From Candidatus Woesearchaeota archaeon (GTDB lineage Archaea; Nanobdellota; Nanobdellia; Woesearchaeales; 0-14-0-80-44-23): DNA of 64,000 bases. The position numbers were made by a program, and so were the translations under genes. Within the stretch, counting starts at the first letter, position 1. Each line of letters opens with the position of its first letter. The stretch lies in the NCBI GenBank assembly GCA_026394965.1, contig JAPLZQ010000103.1, forward strand, positions 13,028-77,027. Direction: 5' to 3'. Positions 38,187 through 47,480 of the stretch are shown piece after piece. The notes beneath the pieces were generated by a model. The model did no database searches, had not been told where the DNA came from, and saw only the letters and a list, made by a program, of their open reading frames with translations.

Positions 38187-39566
38187 ATGGCATTCAGCGA
38201 TCTTACTGGAATAGAGAAAAGGGAGAAAAAGGAAATAATTTCTTCTGGATTAGAGATGCTTCTTCAGGCAGGAGACGCATTTCTAAACAAATTTTCCAGA
38301 CTATCAATTGAGGAACATGTGGATTTGGAAATGAACAACCACAGTTATGCTGAAGATTTTATAAAAGAAAAACTGAGAGGAGTTGAGTATTGCGCTGCAG
38401 ACATAGTGGACTATGTTATCATAAAAAGCAGGGAAAACGCACAGGAGCGCGGATATCTCGAGGAAGAAGATCTTGCCAGATATTCAGGGATAATTCTAAG
38501 CAGGCTTACAGAGAAAAATTCGAGGAAAGGAAAAAAAACAGTAATAAAAATTGACGGAAAAAATGGTACCTTTAACAATCTTTTTCGTGGAGCAGAATTC
38601 TTTGATGAGATATACATCTCCAACATGAACGGGGGATGGCTGTGCTCAGCAATGGCAAACGGCAATATTCTCGTGCTAAACAACTGCAGCAGCAACGGCG
38701 CTGCAGCATTCATAGGAATGGGAATGAACGGCGGAGTCAAGACAGCAATATTGAACAATGTAACCGAACCTTCATATAAATTAAGACAGGCATTTGGATC
38801 AGTCGATAAATCCGATAAATTTTTTAATATTGCAAATTTAGAGGGGCATGTCGGGCTTGCTATGATCAACAATTCGGCAAACGATGAGGTCATGCAGTCT
38901 TATGATATTGAAACGTTGCATTATCATTCAATCACACATTATTCAATAGCAGAACAGCTGGTAATACGCAACTTCCCTTATCAAAAAAACCCATTTAAAG
39001 AATGGCATCTTAAGAGAATAGGCGACTCTGCAAACTGCGGATTGTATTCTGAAAGCGGGGCGGTATTATTTTCTTACAACATATCCCCCTTACCAGTAAT
39101 CGACTGCTCGCAGGTAATTATTGAAAATAATTTCTATAATTTAGGATTATATACTAACCATCAATTCGGAGAAACAACAGACCCAACTGCTGAAATCCAG
39201 GAATTCCTGAGAAAAAACGGGATGGACAGAATCATTGCGCTTGCAGATGAAATGACTGAAGCAGACTTAGACACAATACAGAAAAACGCCAGACAGATTT
39301 ACCGGATTCACGAAGAAACCGCAACACCAAAAATGCTCAAAGGAAGAGAAAACTACTGTTTCTCAATGAGACGCTCCAAAGAAAATATTCCCGATGTTCT
39401 CGAAGAATTCAGTTCAAACATTCAGAATGGTTCAGATTCAGGAAAAATCTACGAAAGCGCTGAAGAAAAAATACAAAAGAAAAGAGACAGATGGATTAAA
39501 AACGCTCAGTATGACATAAAAAAGATGTCTTTCATAAAATGGGCAATAGACAAAATAAGAAGATAA
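38187..39566 (+). CDS. paralog 2 of tandem GIEKREKKE-motif family
   Basis: MAFSDLTGIEKREKKE..., the same core (KKTVIKIDGKNGTFNNLFRGAEFFDEIYISNMNGGWLCSAMANGNILVLNNCSSNGAAAFIGMGMNGGVKTAILNN), and C-terminal EIQEFLRKNGMDRIIALADEMTEADLDTIQKNARQIYRIHEE. About 45% identical to paralog 1. Confidence 0.6.
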   Translation: MAFSDLTGIEKREKKEIISSGLEMLLQAGDAFLNKFSRLSIEEHVDLEMNNHSYAEDFIKEKLRGVEYCAADIVDYVIIKSRENAQERGYLEEEDLARYSGIILSRLTEKNSRKGKKTVIKIDGKNGTFNNLFRGAEFFDEIYISNMNGGWLCSAMANGNILVLNNCSSNGAAAFIGMGMNGGVKTAILNNVTEPSYKLRQAFGSVDKSDKFFNIANLEGHVGLAMINNSANDEVMQSYDIETLHYHSITHYSIAEQLVIRNFPYQKNPFKEWHLKRIGDSANCGLYSESGAVLFSYNISPLPVIDCSQVIIENNFYNLGLYTNHQFGETTDPTAEIQEFLRKNGMDRIIALADEMTEADLDTIQKNARQIYRIHEETATPKMLKGRENYCFSMRRSKENIPDVLEEFSSNIQNGSDSGKIYESAEEKIQKKRDRWIKNAQYDIKKMSFIKWAIDKIRR

Positions 39567-39581
39567 AATTCGGTGAAAAAA

Positions 39582-41453
39582 ATGGCAGAAGACAAAAAGC
39601 AGGGCGCGGAAGACAAAAAGCTTGAGGAAATCATAAAGAAATGCTTTGAGGAGACAAAGGACCGGTATCTCAGACCTCCGATAAGCGGACCTCTGATAGT
39701 TGACTCTGAAATTGAAATGAACGGCTTGGGAACAGCATTTCTGAACTTCCTTGACTTATCCATTGGAATAAATGCCCCTTTTCTTAAAAAAATGGCAGGA
39801 TATGCCAATGGTGATATTGAAAAGATGGCAAAGGGAATTTTCACCCACGAAATCGGGCATTATATGTTTTTTCCCCAGAATGTAAGCCTTTCACTTTACC
39901 TCTCATATGAGGCAGAGGAGAATTTCAAGGAAAACAGCGCAATAATATACGCCCTTTTCGCTGACTATGTCAACAATTCTCTCATCTATTACCAGCAGGT
40001 TGAGGCAGAGAGTTTGAAAGGGCTACTTGCAAGCTCATATCTCGACAAAAAAAACAGGGCAACAAACAGCGCAATGGCCTTAAGCTACGGAAAAAGGATG
40101 AAAGAGGAATTCTCCGTTGACCTAAGCGGCTTTGAAGAGGAAACCATGAAAAAAATAATCAAGGCAGCAGACGAGATTGATTCAGTAACAGTTAGCATGA
40201 GCAGGAACTACAACCTGCAGTATTCCCAACTCCGAAGATTCGGAGAGGCAATACTTCCCCTTCTTAATATTGACAGGCAAAAAATGAAGGAGAATCAGAA
40301 GAATAACTGCGACAAAAATTGCCAAAACAACGGGGGGCAGGGTGAAAACCCTTGCAATTGCCCTTCTGGCGGGGGCTCAAGAATAATAACCAAGGAAGAT
40401 TTTGACAAGCTTCCCGCTGAAGATAAGCAGAAGATAAAGCAGGCAATAAGGGAAATGATAAAGCACATGGACAAGAAGAAATATGAAAAAATAAAGGAGC
40501 ATTTCCTTGGAAAAGAGAGCGCTAAGAAAGACAGGGCTCCTGGAATCGGAACAGGCATAGAAAATGTGGAATCTGCTGAAGATAAAACAACTGAGTACTA
40601 CAAGGAGCTTGCAGCAGAATACGGGATATTCATAAGGCCCAAGAAAACAAGAACCTTATCCTCAACAAAGCAGGTTTTCGGAAAAGAGGACTTCAAGATG
40701 GACAGCCCGCCGATAGGGATAGACACAAGATACTCCGGCGGAAAAATACTTCCGGGGCTTACAAAGAAAATCAGGATAGAGTCAATACCTTACCTAAAAA
40801 ACTCACAGTCGCTCCCTTCTCTCATAATATACAAGGACGCATCAGGAAGCATGCCTAATCCCCAGCAAGAGACATGCTATGCAACCCTTGCCGGAACAAT
40901 ATTCATAATGAGCTATTTTCGGAGCGGATGCAATGTGGGAGTTTCCCTGTTTGACTCGGAAATGACAGACATATTCAGAAGCGAGGATGAGGATGAGCTG
41001 ATAAAGATGATTTGCAGCTACAAGGGCGGCGGAACATCAATTGATTTGGACAGGTTAAAAAAAGACATAGCAGAATCAAAATCAGAGATTCCAATAGACC
41101 TGAAGAAAATAAATGAGGAAGAAATCAGGAAAAACCCGCTTTTCAGGAAATACCTGAACAAAAACGGAAGGATAAGCCTTCAGGAGCTCACAAGCCAGAG
41201 CTATGTTGACCTGATGATAATAACAGACGGCGGAATCATGAATGTTGATGAGCTGATTGACTTCATGAAAAACAACGAGAAATACCGCCCTACAATAATA
41301 CACACCGGCACATTCCAGCTAGATATACCGGGATATGACCAGCAGCACACCTGCTCTTATGGGGGAATAACCGTGTTCAAGGCGGACTCAAAAGAGGACC
41401 TTGTGAGAATATCGCAGGACATAATTGAAAAGAACCTTATTTCAGGCAACTAA
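39582..41453 (+). CDS. von Willebrand factor A (vWA) domain protein with complete MIDAS, fused to an N-terminal HExxH zincin-like region and a Cys-rich linker
   Basis: C-terminal vWA with MIDAS residues all present: DASGS in IIYKDASGSM, the Thr in KGGGTS, and the Asp in LMIITDGG. The N-terminal region contains FTHEIGHYMFF (HExxH). The linker is CDKNCQNNGGQGENPCNCPSGGG. The start ATG at 39582 shares the upstream 22 bp AAATTCGGTGAAAAAAATGGCA with paralog 2. Confidence 0.65.
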   Translation: MAEDKKQGAEDKKLEEIIKKCFEETKDRYLRPPISGPLIVDSEIEMNGLGTAFLNFLDLSIGINAPFLKKMAGYANGDIEKMAKGIFTHEIGHYMFFPQNVSLSLYLSYEAEENFKENSAIIYALFADYVNNSLIYYQQVEAESLKGLLASSYLDKKNRATNSAMALSYGKRMKEEFSVDLSGFEEETMKKIIKAADEIDSVTVSMSRNYNLQYSQLRRFGEAILPLLNIDRQKMKENQKNNCDKNCQNNGGQGENPCNCPSGGGSRIITKEDFDKLPAEDKQKIKQAIREMIKHMDKKKYEKIKEHFLGKESAKKDRAPGIGTGIENVESAEDKTTEYYKELAAEYGIFIRPKKTRTLSSTKQVFGKEDFKMDSPPIGIDTRYSGGKILPGLTKKIRIESIPYLKNSQSLPSLIIYKDASGSMPNPQQETCYATLAGTIFIMSYFRSGCNVGVSLFDSEMTDIFRSEDEDELIKMICSYKGGGTSIDLDRLKKDIAESKSEIPIDLKKINEEEIRKNPLFRKYLNKNGRISLQELTSQSYVDLMIITDGGIMNVDELIDFMKNNEKYRPTIIHTGTFQLDIPGYDQQHTCSYGGITVFKADSKEDLVRISQDIIEKNLISGN

Positions 41454-41482
41454 AAGCAATAGGGGTGATGGGGAAGTGAAAA

Positions 41483-42394
41483 ATGCCAATAGAAGAACTA
41501 TCAAAAGTGGAGAAGAGGGAAACAATAGAGCACAAAAGCACCGCAGAGGAATTCATAAAAAAATGCGGGGAAGCAACAGAAGAGATAAGCGCATTATGCG
41601 CCCAGAAGAAAAACCGCGGTTTTCAAATTGACACAATACGCGACGTATACACCCCGATGGACCGGCTTCTTGAAAAAAGCCTTTCAGAGCTCGACTATTC
41701 GGCAGCGGACATTGAAACATTCATAAGTTCAGAGTACCATCGAGAAATTGCAGACGCAAAAAGATTGCCGCTGGGAGTCTGCACCAGAATAACACTGGAA
41801 ACCCTCACAAAAAAAAACAGGGCAAAAGGAGAAAAAACAGTAATAAAAATTGACGGCAGCTGGAATGAATTTAACTACTTATTTTTCGGCATACAAAACT
41901 TTGACGAGATATACCTCTCAAACATGAAAGGAGAGAGAATACTCTCAGTATCTGATGGAGGCAAGTGCGGAACAGCTGTCCTAAACAATATTGAAGGAAG
42001 CGGTTTGTGCTCATACCTTGATTACAACATTGGTTCACTTGATAATCTAATCTGCAATATGTCTAAGACGTTTTATTTTAAGGATATGCACCGGTCTAAA
42101 CCAAGAAATATTGGCTTTGCCCTGTTAAGCGATTGCATGGTAAATTCTGATGATCAATTCAACTGCTGCTATTTCAGAGAAATTTTGGGAGAAAAAGAAC
42201 CAATTAAGGAAGACAAGGAAAAATATGAGATTATCCTTGAGCTTGCAGCAAAGATGACTGACTCACCAATAGATGAAATAGAAAACCTTAGCCGGCAGAT
42301 AATACAAATCTATCGCTCAGATAAAGAGGATGAGAATATCATAGAGAAAACCAGCAAAACAGGATATGCCCATTTCAAATGGCTTAAGAGATGA
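41483..42394 (+). CDS. paralog 3 of tandem GIEKREKKE-motif family (short, divergent)
   Basis: MPIEELSKVEKRETIEHKS..., core KTVIKIDGSWNEFNYLFFGIQNFDEIYLSNMKGERILSVSDGGKCGTAVLNNIEGSG. The repeat region is truncated. 303 aa. Confidence 0.55.
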   Translation: MPIEELSKVEKRETIEHKSTAEEFIKKCGEATEEISALCAQKKNRGFQIDTIRDVYTPMDRLLEKSLSELDYSAADIETFISSEYHREIADAKRLPLGVCTRITLETLTKKNRAKGEKTVIKIDGSWNEFNYLFFGIQNFDEIYLSNMKGERILSVSDGGKCGTAVLNNIEGSGLCSYLDYNIGSLDNLICNMSKTFYFKDMHRSKPRNIGFALLSDCMVNSDDQFNCCYFREILGEKEPIKEDKEKYEIILELAAKMTDSPIDEIENLSRQIIQIYRSDKEDENIIEKTSKTGYAHFKWLKR

Positions 42395-42429
42395 AAAAAA
42401 TCAAAAAGAAGTGATAAGGAAAACAAAAA

Positions 42430-43323
42430 ATGCCGCTAAACGAGCTTACCGGAATAGAGAAAAGGAATAAAAAGGAAAAGGGAGAGGACAGGACTGAATA
42501 TTTCACAAGAATCAGCAACGGAATAGTCAAAAGCATGCTCAAAGAGTTCGTGAGAATGAGAAAAAGAATCCTTGTCAAGTTCATTGAGGAAACAGATGAG
42601 GAAAGAAAGGAATTTGTCAAAAACGCTATTGGAAGCTTTGAATACAATGAGAGGGATTTGGAAGGGTTGATACAGGCAAAAATTGAAGATGAGAACAAAT
42701 CGCCAATGCTCGGTTACTATACAGGAATTCTTCTGGAAATGCTTACTGAAAGGAACAGAAAAAAGGGAATTGAGACAACTGTCAGGATTGACGGATGCGG
42801 AAGGGACTTTCCCTACCTTTTCATGGGAGCAAGAAACTTTGACAATGTCTACATCTCCAACATAACCGGAGATAAAATACTTTCAAATTCGCTTGATGGA
42901 GGAAGGGGAAAGACAGCGGTTATAAGCGGGCTTAAGGGAGATTCTGCAGCATACTGGATGGCGCGCAAGGGAATGCTTGACCTGCTTGTGATAAATGATT
43001 CTATCGGCGAATTCACTGCAGCAGGAATCGCTGAAGGAGGCTGCATAAAAAGGGTGGTTCTAAGGAACATTACAAGCGACACTGGTTTAACACTTGAATT
43101 CGCGAAAATGAACAACGGCAAAATCCCAGAACTGATTTATGATGCAAAACCGGGAATGTTATCCGGCATAGGCGATTATATCACTATGAAATTCGGGCGC
43201 GTTCCAAGAAGGAGGGGCTCCCTTGAATGCGCAGCCAAGATGAGCGGCGCATCAGTTTATGACATAGAGAAATACGCAAATGAGATAAACAGCCTGTTCA
43301 GAGAAAAAAATGCCACTAAATGA
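42430..43323 (+). CDS. paralog 4 of tandem GIEKREKKE-motif family
   Basis: MPLNELTGIEKRNKKEKGE..., core ETTVRIDGCGRDFPYLFMGARNFDNVYISNITGDKILSNSLDGGRGKTAVISGLKGDSAAYW... 297 aa. Confidence 0.55.
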   Translation: MPLNELTGIEKRNKKEKGEDRTEYFTRISNGIVKSMLKEFVRMRKRILVKFIEETDEERKEFVKNAIGSFEYNERDLEGLIQAKIEDENKSPMLGYYTGILLEMLTERNRKKGIETTVRIDGCGRDFPYLFMGARNFDNVYISNITGDKILSNSLDGGRGKTAVISGLKGDSAAYWMARKGMLDLLVINDSIGEFTAAGIAEGGCIKRVVLRNITSDTGLTLEFAKMNNGKIPELIYDAKPGMLSGIGDYITMKFGRVPRRRGSLECAAKMSGASVYDIEKYANEINSLFREKNATK

Positions 43324-44428
43324 GCTTATTGGAATAGAGAAACGGGAGAAAAATGATAACCCAGAGAGCCAACTTGAAAAGCTGCTTGAAATCGGGGAGG
43401 ATGTTGTAAAAAAATTCGGGAAAAGCGAGCTTGCGGACAGAATTACATATGACAACCGGTTTGAGCCGATTTCAAAATTAAGGGAGAAGATAGAAATCTA
43501 CTGCATGAGAAGCATTGAAAACATTGAATACACAGAAAAGGACATAGAGTCATTTGTGAACGGCAGATTGGGCGTCTCACGGGATACTGGTGAGCAGGTA
43601 ACCATAGGAACTTATTCTGGAATCATTTTGGACATATTAACCATGAAAAACCGGGAAAAGGCAAAAGGAACAAGAATAGCGATTGATGGGAAAGGCGAAG
43701 AGTTTGACTATCTGTTTTCCTGTGCGAAAAACTTTGATGAGGTTTATGTCTCAAACATAAAAGGAGACTACATCTGCACATATGCGGGGGCAGAAGGATA
43801 TGGAAAGATGATAGTCCTGAATGATATTAAAGGCGACTACATTGGAAAATCAATTGCTGCATTGCGCGGAAATGTTGAGATTGCAGTTATAAATCGCGCA
43901 GAAGGATTAGGAACCGGGCATGAAATCGCCTCATACCACGGGAATGCTGGATTAATTATTGTAAACAATGCGATTGGAAGGGAAACATTGATGGACGTGG
44001 CTGTTGAAGGCGGAAGCATAGGGCTCGCTTTGATAAACAAGGCAATTGGCGATTATACTGCCTGGTGCGCAGCTTATGATTCAGGGAGCATTGGGGACCT
44101 CGTAATAACAAACTCAAAAACCAAATCAGAAAAAGGATTTGATATTGATGTAACCAGGATAAAAAACATCCTCCTGAAAATGAATAAATTCAACTTCTCA
44201 AACAAAACTGGCAAAGGAATGCTTATTGGAAACAATGAAGATATGGAAAAGAGTTTCAATGAAGATTACCGAATAAATGAATTATCAGATGCTGTTAAAA
44301 AAATCGTAAAGAAAAAAGAAATTGAAGGGATTATAAAACAGGCAGGAAAGATACAGTCAATATATGAAACCATAAAAGAGAGAGTTGAAGGAGACCTGGC
44401 ATGGATAAAGGAGCATTCGGAGATTTAG
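43310..44428 (+). CDS. paralog 5 of tandem GIEKREKKE-motif family
   Basis: MPLNELIGIEKREKNDNPE. Its first 36 nt are nearly identical to the paralog 4 start. Core TRIAIDGKGEEFDYLFSCAKNFDEVYVSNIKGDYICTYAGAEGYGKMIVLNDIKGDYIGKSIAALRGNVEIAVINRAEGLGTGHEIASYHGNAGLIIVNNAIGRETLMDVAVEGGSIGLALINKAIGDYTAW. 372 aa. Overlaps the paralog 4 stop. Confidence 0.6.
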   Translation: MPLNELIGIEKREKNDNPESQLEKLLEIGEDVVKKFGKSELADRITYDNRFEPISKLREKIEIYCMRSIENIEYTEKDIESFVNGRLGVSRDTGEQVTIGTYSGIILDILTMKNREKAKGTRIAIDGKGEEFDYLFSCAKNFDEVYVSNIKGDYICTYAGAEGYGKMIVLNDIKGDYIGKSIAALRGNVEIAVINRAEGLGTGHEIASYHGNAGLIIVNNAIGRETLMDVAVEGGSIGLALINKAIGDYTAWCAAYDSGSIGDLVITNSKTKSEKGFDIDVTRIKNILLKMNKFNFSNKTGKGMLIGNNEDMEKSFNEDYRINELSDAVKKIVKKKEIEGIIKQAGKIQSIYETIKERVEGDLAWIKEHSEI

Positions 44429-45321
44429 ACGCAATAGAGAAGCGGGAGAAGAAGGAATACCCGCACACACTTGAAGCGCTGATAGAGGCAGAAGAGAAAA
44501 TAAAACCAAAAATCCTGGGGAGATACCCGTCCTATCCAAGAGAGACAGACAAGTATCTTGATGTGCTTTCCCTTGCTGGAGAAGCCCTCAAAAAAACTGA
44601 TTACACGGAAAAAGACATAGAAAACTTTGTGCTTTCCCAATCAGGAAGCGGGGAAAATGAAAGCGAGGAAATGTTTATTGGGATTTACGCGGGAGCAATT
44701 GTGGAAAACCTTGGAAGGAGAAAAGGCAGGAAAAAAACAATAATTGCAATTGACGGAAAGGGAAGGAAATTCAACTACCTCTTCCACTGCATAAGGAATT
44801 TCGGGGAGATATACCTCTCAAACTTCAACGGCACATACATATGCCACAATGCAGCAAGCTACGGAAAGGGCGAAATCCTTGTGCTCAACAGAGTTAAAGG
44901 AAATGGAAACGGCGGATATGCCGGCTCAAAGGGAAAAATAGGGCTTGCAATACTTAATGAAACAGGCGCTGTAAATGAATTCACAATTCTCAGGCAGATG
45001 ATAAATTTCGGGTACAATGAAAAATTCAACATAGAACGCTTTGTGATAAAGGAAAAAAATGTCAAGCTTAGCAAAATGGCGCAGGTTTTCAAAAGGGAAA
45101 TTGAAGTTCCTGAACTGCTTGAGGTTTACAAACTGTCAGAAGAAACAATAAACGGAAACAAACCAGGCAGTTTATACGAAACTACAAGAGTCCAGAAAAT
45201 CAAAATCAAGAGTAAGGAAAAAAAAGAGATAAACAGTTTAACAGAAGAGATGGAAAGCGCAGAAATCGGAGAAATGGCAGATATTGCAAAACGCATAAGG
45301 GAGCTGTGCTATGAACAATAG
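44401..45321 (+). CDS. paralog 6 of tandem GIEKREKKE-motif family
   Basis: MDKGAFGDLDAIEKREKKEYPHTLEALIEAEE..., core KKTIIAIDGKGRKFNYLFHCIRNFGEIYLSNFNGTYICHNAASYGKGEILVLNRVKGNGNGGYAGSKGKIGLAILNETG. 306 aa. Confidence 0.55.
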   Translation: MDKGAFGDLDAIEKREKKEYPHTLEALIEAEEKIKPKILGRYPSYPRETDKYLDVLSLAGEALKKTDYTEKDIENFVLSQSGSGENESEEMFIGIYAGAIVENLGRRKGRKKTIIAIDGKGRKFNYLFHCIRNFGEIYLSNFNGTYICHNAASYGKGEILVLNRVKGNGNGGYAGSKGKIGLAILNETGAVNEFTILRQMINFGYNEKFNIERFVIKEKNVKLSKMAQVFKREIEVPELLEVYKLSEETINGNKPGSLYETTRVQKIKIKSKEKKEINSLTEEMESAEIGEMADIAKRIRELCYEQ

Positions 45322-46417
45322 AAAAACGCCTTTTGATGAAATGTCAGGAATAGAGAAAAGGGAGAAGAAGGAATATTCGCACACACTTGAAGCCCTAATT
45401 GAAGAATCTGGACATTCTGTAAAGAGGATGCTTTCAATGATGATAAAAGCAATGGCTTGGAATGACCTTAGCGGAATGTACATTCACGCATTTCATGAAG
45501 CATCAGAAGAACTTGAAGGGGTTGAATACAACGAAAGAGACCTGTCTGACTTCATAACAGCAAACAGTGGAATTCCAATGGAAAGCGATGAAGAATGCGC
45601 TCTTGGAGTATACTCTGGGATACTGCTTGACCTGCTTACAAGAAGGAGAAGAAAAGAGGGGAAGAAGTCAGTTGTAAAGATTGAAGGCGCAGGAAAGGAA
45701 TTCCATTATCTCTTTTATTATGCAAAAAACTTTGATGAGGTTTACATATCAAACATTGAAGGCGACAAAATCTGCTCAAGGATGGGAAGCCACAGCGGAA
45801 GCGGAAATTTCATAGTGCTTAACAATGTGAATGGAAATTTCATCGCAGACACAGTAGGATACAGCAGCGGAAAAGTGAATATGGTTGTGATAAACAATTC
45901 TCGCGGAATAATGGCTGGAAACAGCATTGCTGAACGCGGAAGCGCTGGATTAATAGTCCTGAACAGCATAAATGCTGCAGGAGATATAGGATGCGCAATT
46001 GCAAAAGAGGGGGAAGCCGGAACAGTCATATTAAACAATCTTAACGGAGACAGGATAGGAGATTACTGCGGAAGCGCTAAAGGAAAAATCGGGAATATTG
46101 CATACCTGTCAATAAAAGCAAAAGAATCAGTCGGCGAATTTGTGCCTGATTATGAGAGCGAAATCGGGAAGATGATAATACTGGACAGCCATGTTAAAAA
46201 TCGCAATGTTGGGGCGGAATTCAGCGGATTCGGCAGATCTGAAATAATAACTGAACAGGAAAATGAAAAAGCAGAAAGGGCGCTGGAAGAAACAGGGATT
46301 AAAGAAATAATCCTGCTTGCAGATGAAATGGGAAAATTTGGCGCTGAAAGATATGAGGAATACGCTCATAAGATTTATTGCTCATACAAAATGGCAGGTG
46401 GAAAATATGCCTTTTGA
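45311..46417 (+). CDS. paralog 7 of tandem GIEKREKKE-motif family
   Basis: ...FDEMSGIEKREKKEYSHTLEALIEESG, where the N-terminus is near-identical to paralog 6 at the nucleotide level. Core KKSVVKIEGAGKEFHYLFYYAKNFDEVYISNIEGDKICSRMGSHSGSGNFIVLNNVNGNFIADTVGYSSGKVNMVVINNSRGIMAGNSIAERGSAGLIVLNSINAAGDIGCAIAKEGEAGTVILNNLNGDRIGDYCGSAKGKIGNIAYL. 368 aa. Confidence 0.6.
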   Translation: MNNRKTPFDEMSGIEKREKKEYSHTLEALIEESGHSVKRMLSMMIKAMAWNDLSGMYIHAFHEASEELEGVEYNERDLSDFITANSGIPMESDEECALGVYSGILLDLLTRRRRKEGKKSVVKIEGAGKEFHYLFYYAKNFDEVYISNIEGDKICSRMGSHSGSGNFIVLNNVNGNFIADTVGYSSGKVNMVVINNSRGIMAGNSIAERGSAGLIVLNSINAAGDIGCAIAKEGEAGTVILNNLNGDRIGDYCGSAKGKIGNIAYLSIKAKESVGEFVPDYESEIGKMIILDSHVKNRNVGAEFSGFGRSEIITEQENEKAERALEETGIKEIILLADEMGKFGAERYEEYAHKIYCSYKMAGGKYAF

Positions 46418-47480
46418 TGAGCTTTCGGGAATAGAGCTGAGAGAAAAAGCAGGGCAGGATAAAAATGCTCTTGAAAAAATCCTTGAAATCTGCGATTATC
46501 TTTGCAGAAACACTTCAGAGGTATACCGCTACCTTTTCGACACCATGAACTCTGATTCAGAATTCTATTCACATGTGCGCTCCTTCGCTCTCTCAAAAAC
46601 CAGGAATATTGATTTCAATGAAAAAGACATTTGTGACTTCATTATTGCAAAATCCTATGAAAAGCAGGAAAAGGAAGGGGTAATAGGGCTTTTTTCAGGA
46701 GTTCTCCTTGACATACTTACAGAAAGAAACAGGAAGCAAAAAAAGAAGACGATAATCAAGATTGACGGCAAAGGCGCAAAATTCAGCTACCTGTTCTACG
46801 GCGCAAGAAACTTTGACGAGATATACCTTTCAAACTTCAACGGCAGATACATCTGCGCAAAGATAGGGAGCGAAGGGAGAGGCGGGATAGCTGCGCTTTC
46901 CAGAATTGACGGAAGCTACACAGGAGAATCGGCAGGGGCATTCTCTGGAGGAATAGATGCGCTGATTGTAAACTCGGCAACTGACAATGAGCTCTGCTCA
47001 AAAATTGGTTTTTCCGGGGGAAAAGCAGGATTAGTGCTGATAAGCAATTCAAAAGCATTTCTTGCAGGAAGCTCAATTGCAAGAGATGGCTCTGCAGGCA
47101 TGATTGTCCTTAACCAGATAATTTCAGAGCACATTGGCGATTACATAGGAGAAGGAGGGCATGTTAAAAAGCTTGCAATGAACAGCCTGTCGGGCTCCTA
47201 TGTTGGCAGAAACATCGGGACAAATAATGGAGAGGTAAGCGAGATAGCGCTCAGGGATATAAAAGCGAGCTATGTTTTTTCATCAGCAAATTTTGAAAGG
47301 ACAAGGAGCCTCATCAGGTACAATGATAATGAAGCTGAAATCTATTTCAGGAAAAACCGCATTGACAGAATCATCTCGCTTTCAGAGGATATTGATTTGG
47401 CAGATGATATTGATGAACTGGAAAGGATATCAAAAAAGATTTATCGGGAATACAGAAAAGGGATGAAAAATGGGGCTTGA
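46407..47480 (+). CDS. paralog 8 of tandem GIEKREKKE-motif family
   Basis: MPFDELSGIELREKAGQDK..., core KKTIIKIDGKGAKFSYLFYGARNFDEIYLSNFNGRYICAKIGSEGRGGIAALSRIDGSYTGESAGAFSGGIDALIVNSATDNELCSKIGFSGGKAGLVLISNSKAFLAGSSIARDGSAGMIVLNQIISEHIGDYIGEGGHVKKLAMNSLSGSYVGRNIG. The ORF track begins upstream at 46317. Confidence 0.6.
   Translation: MPFDELSGIELREKAGQDKNALEKILEICDYLCRNTSEVYRYLFDTMNSDSEFYSHVRSFALSKTRNIDFNEKDICDFIIAKSYEKQEKEGVIGLFSGVLLDILTERNRKQKKKTIIKIDGKGAKFSYLFYGARNFDEIYLSNFNGRYICAKIGSEGRGGIAALSRIDGSYTGESAGAFSGGIDALIVNSATDNELCSKIGFSGGKAGLVLISNSKAFLAGSSIARDGSAGMIVLNQIISEHIGDYIGEGGHVKKLAMNSLSGSYVGRNIGTNNGEVSEIALRDIKASYVFSSANFERTRSLIRYNDNEAEIYFRKNRIDRIISLSEDIDLADDIDELERISKKIYREYRKGMKNGA

Noticed and set aside
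38165-39591. Insertion sequence or transposon ends at the duplicated AAATTCGGTGAAAAAAATGGCA junctions
   Set aside because: There are no inverted terminal repeats and no transposase. The repeats coincide exactly with gene start junctions of homologous genes, which fits duplication or recombination within the paralog array.
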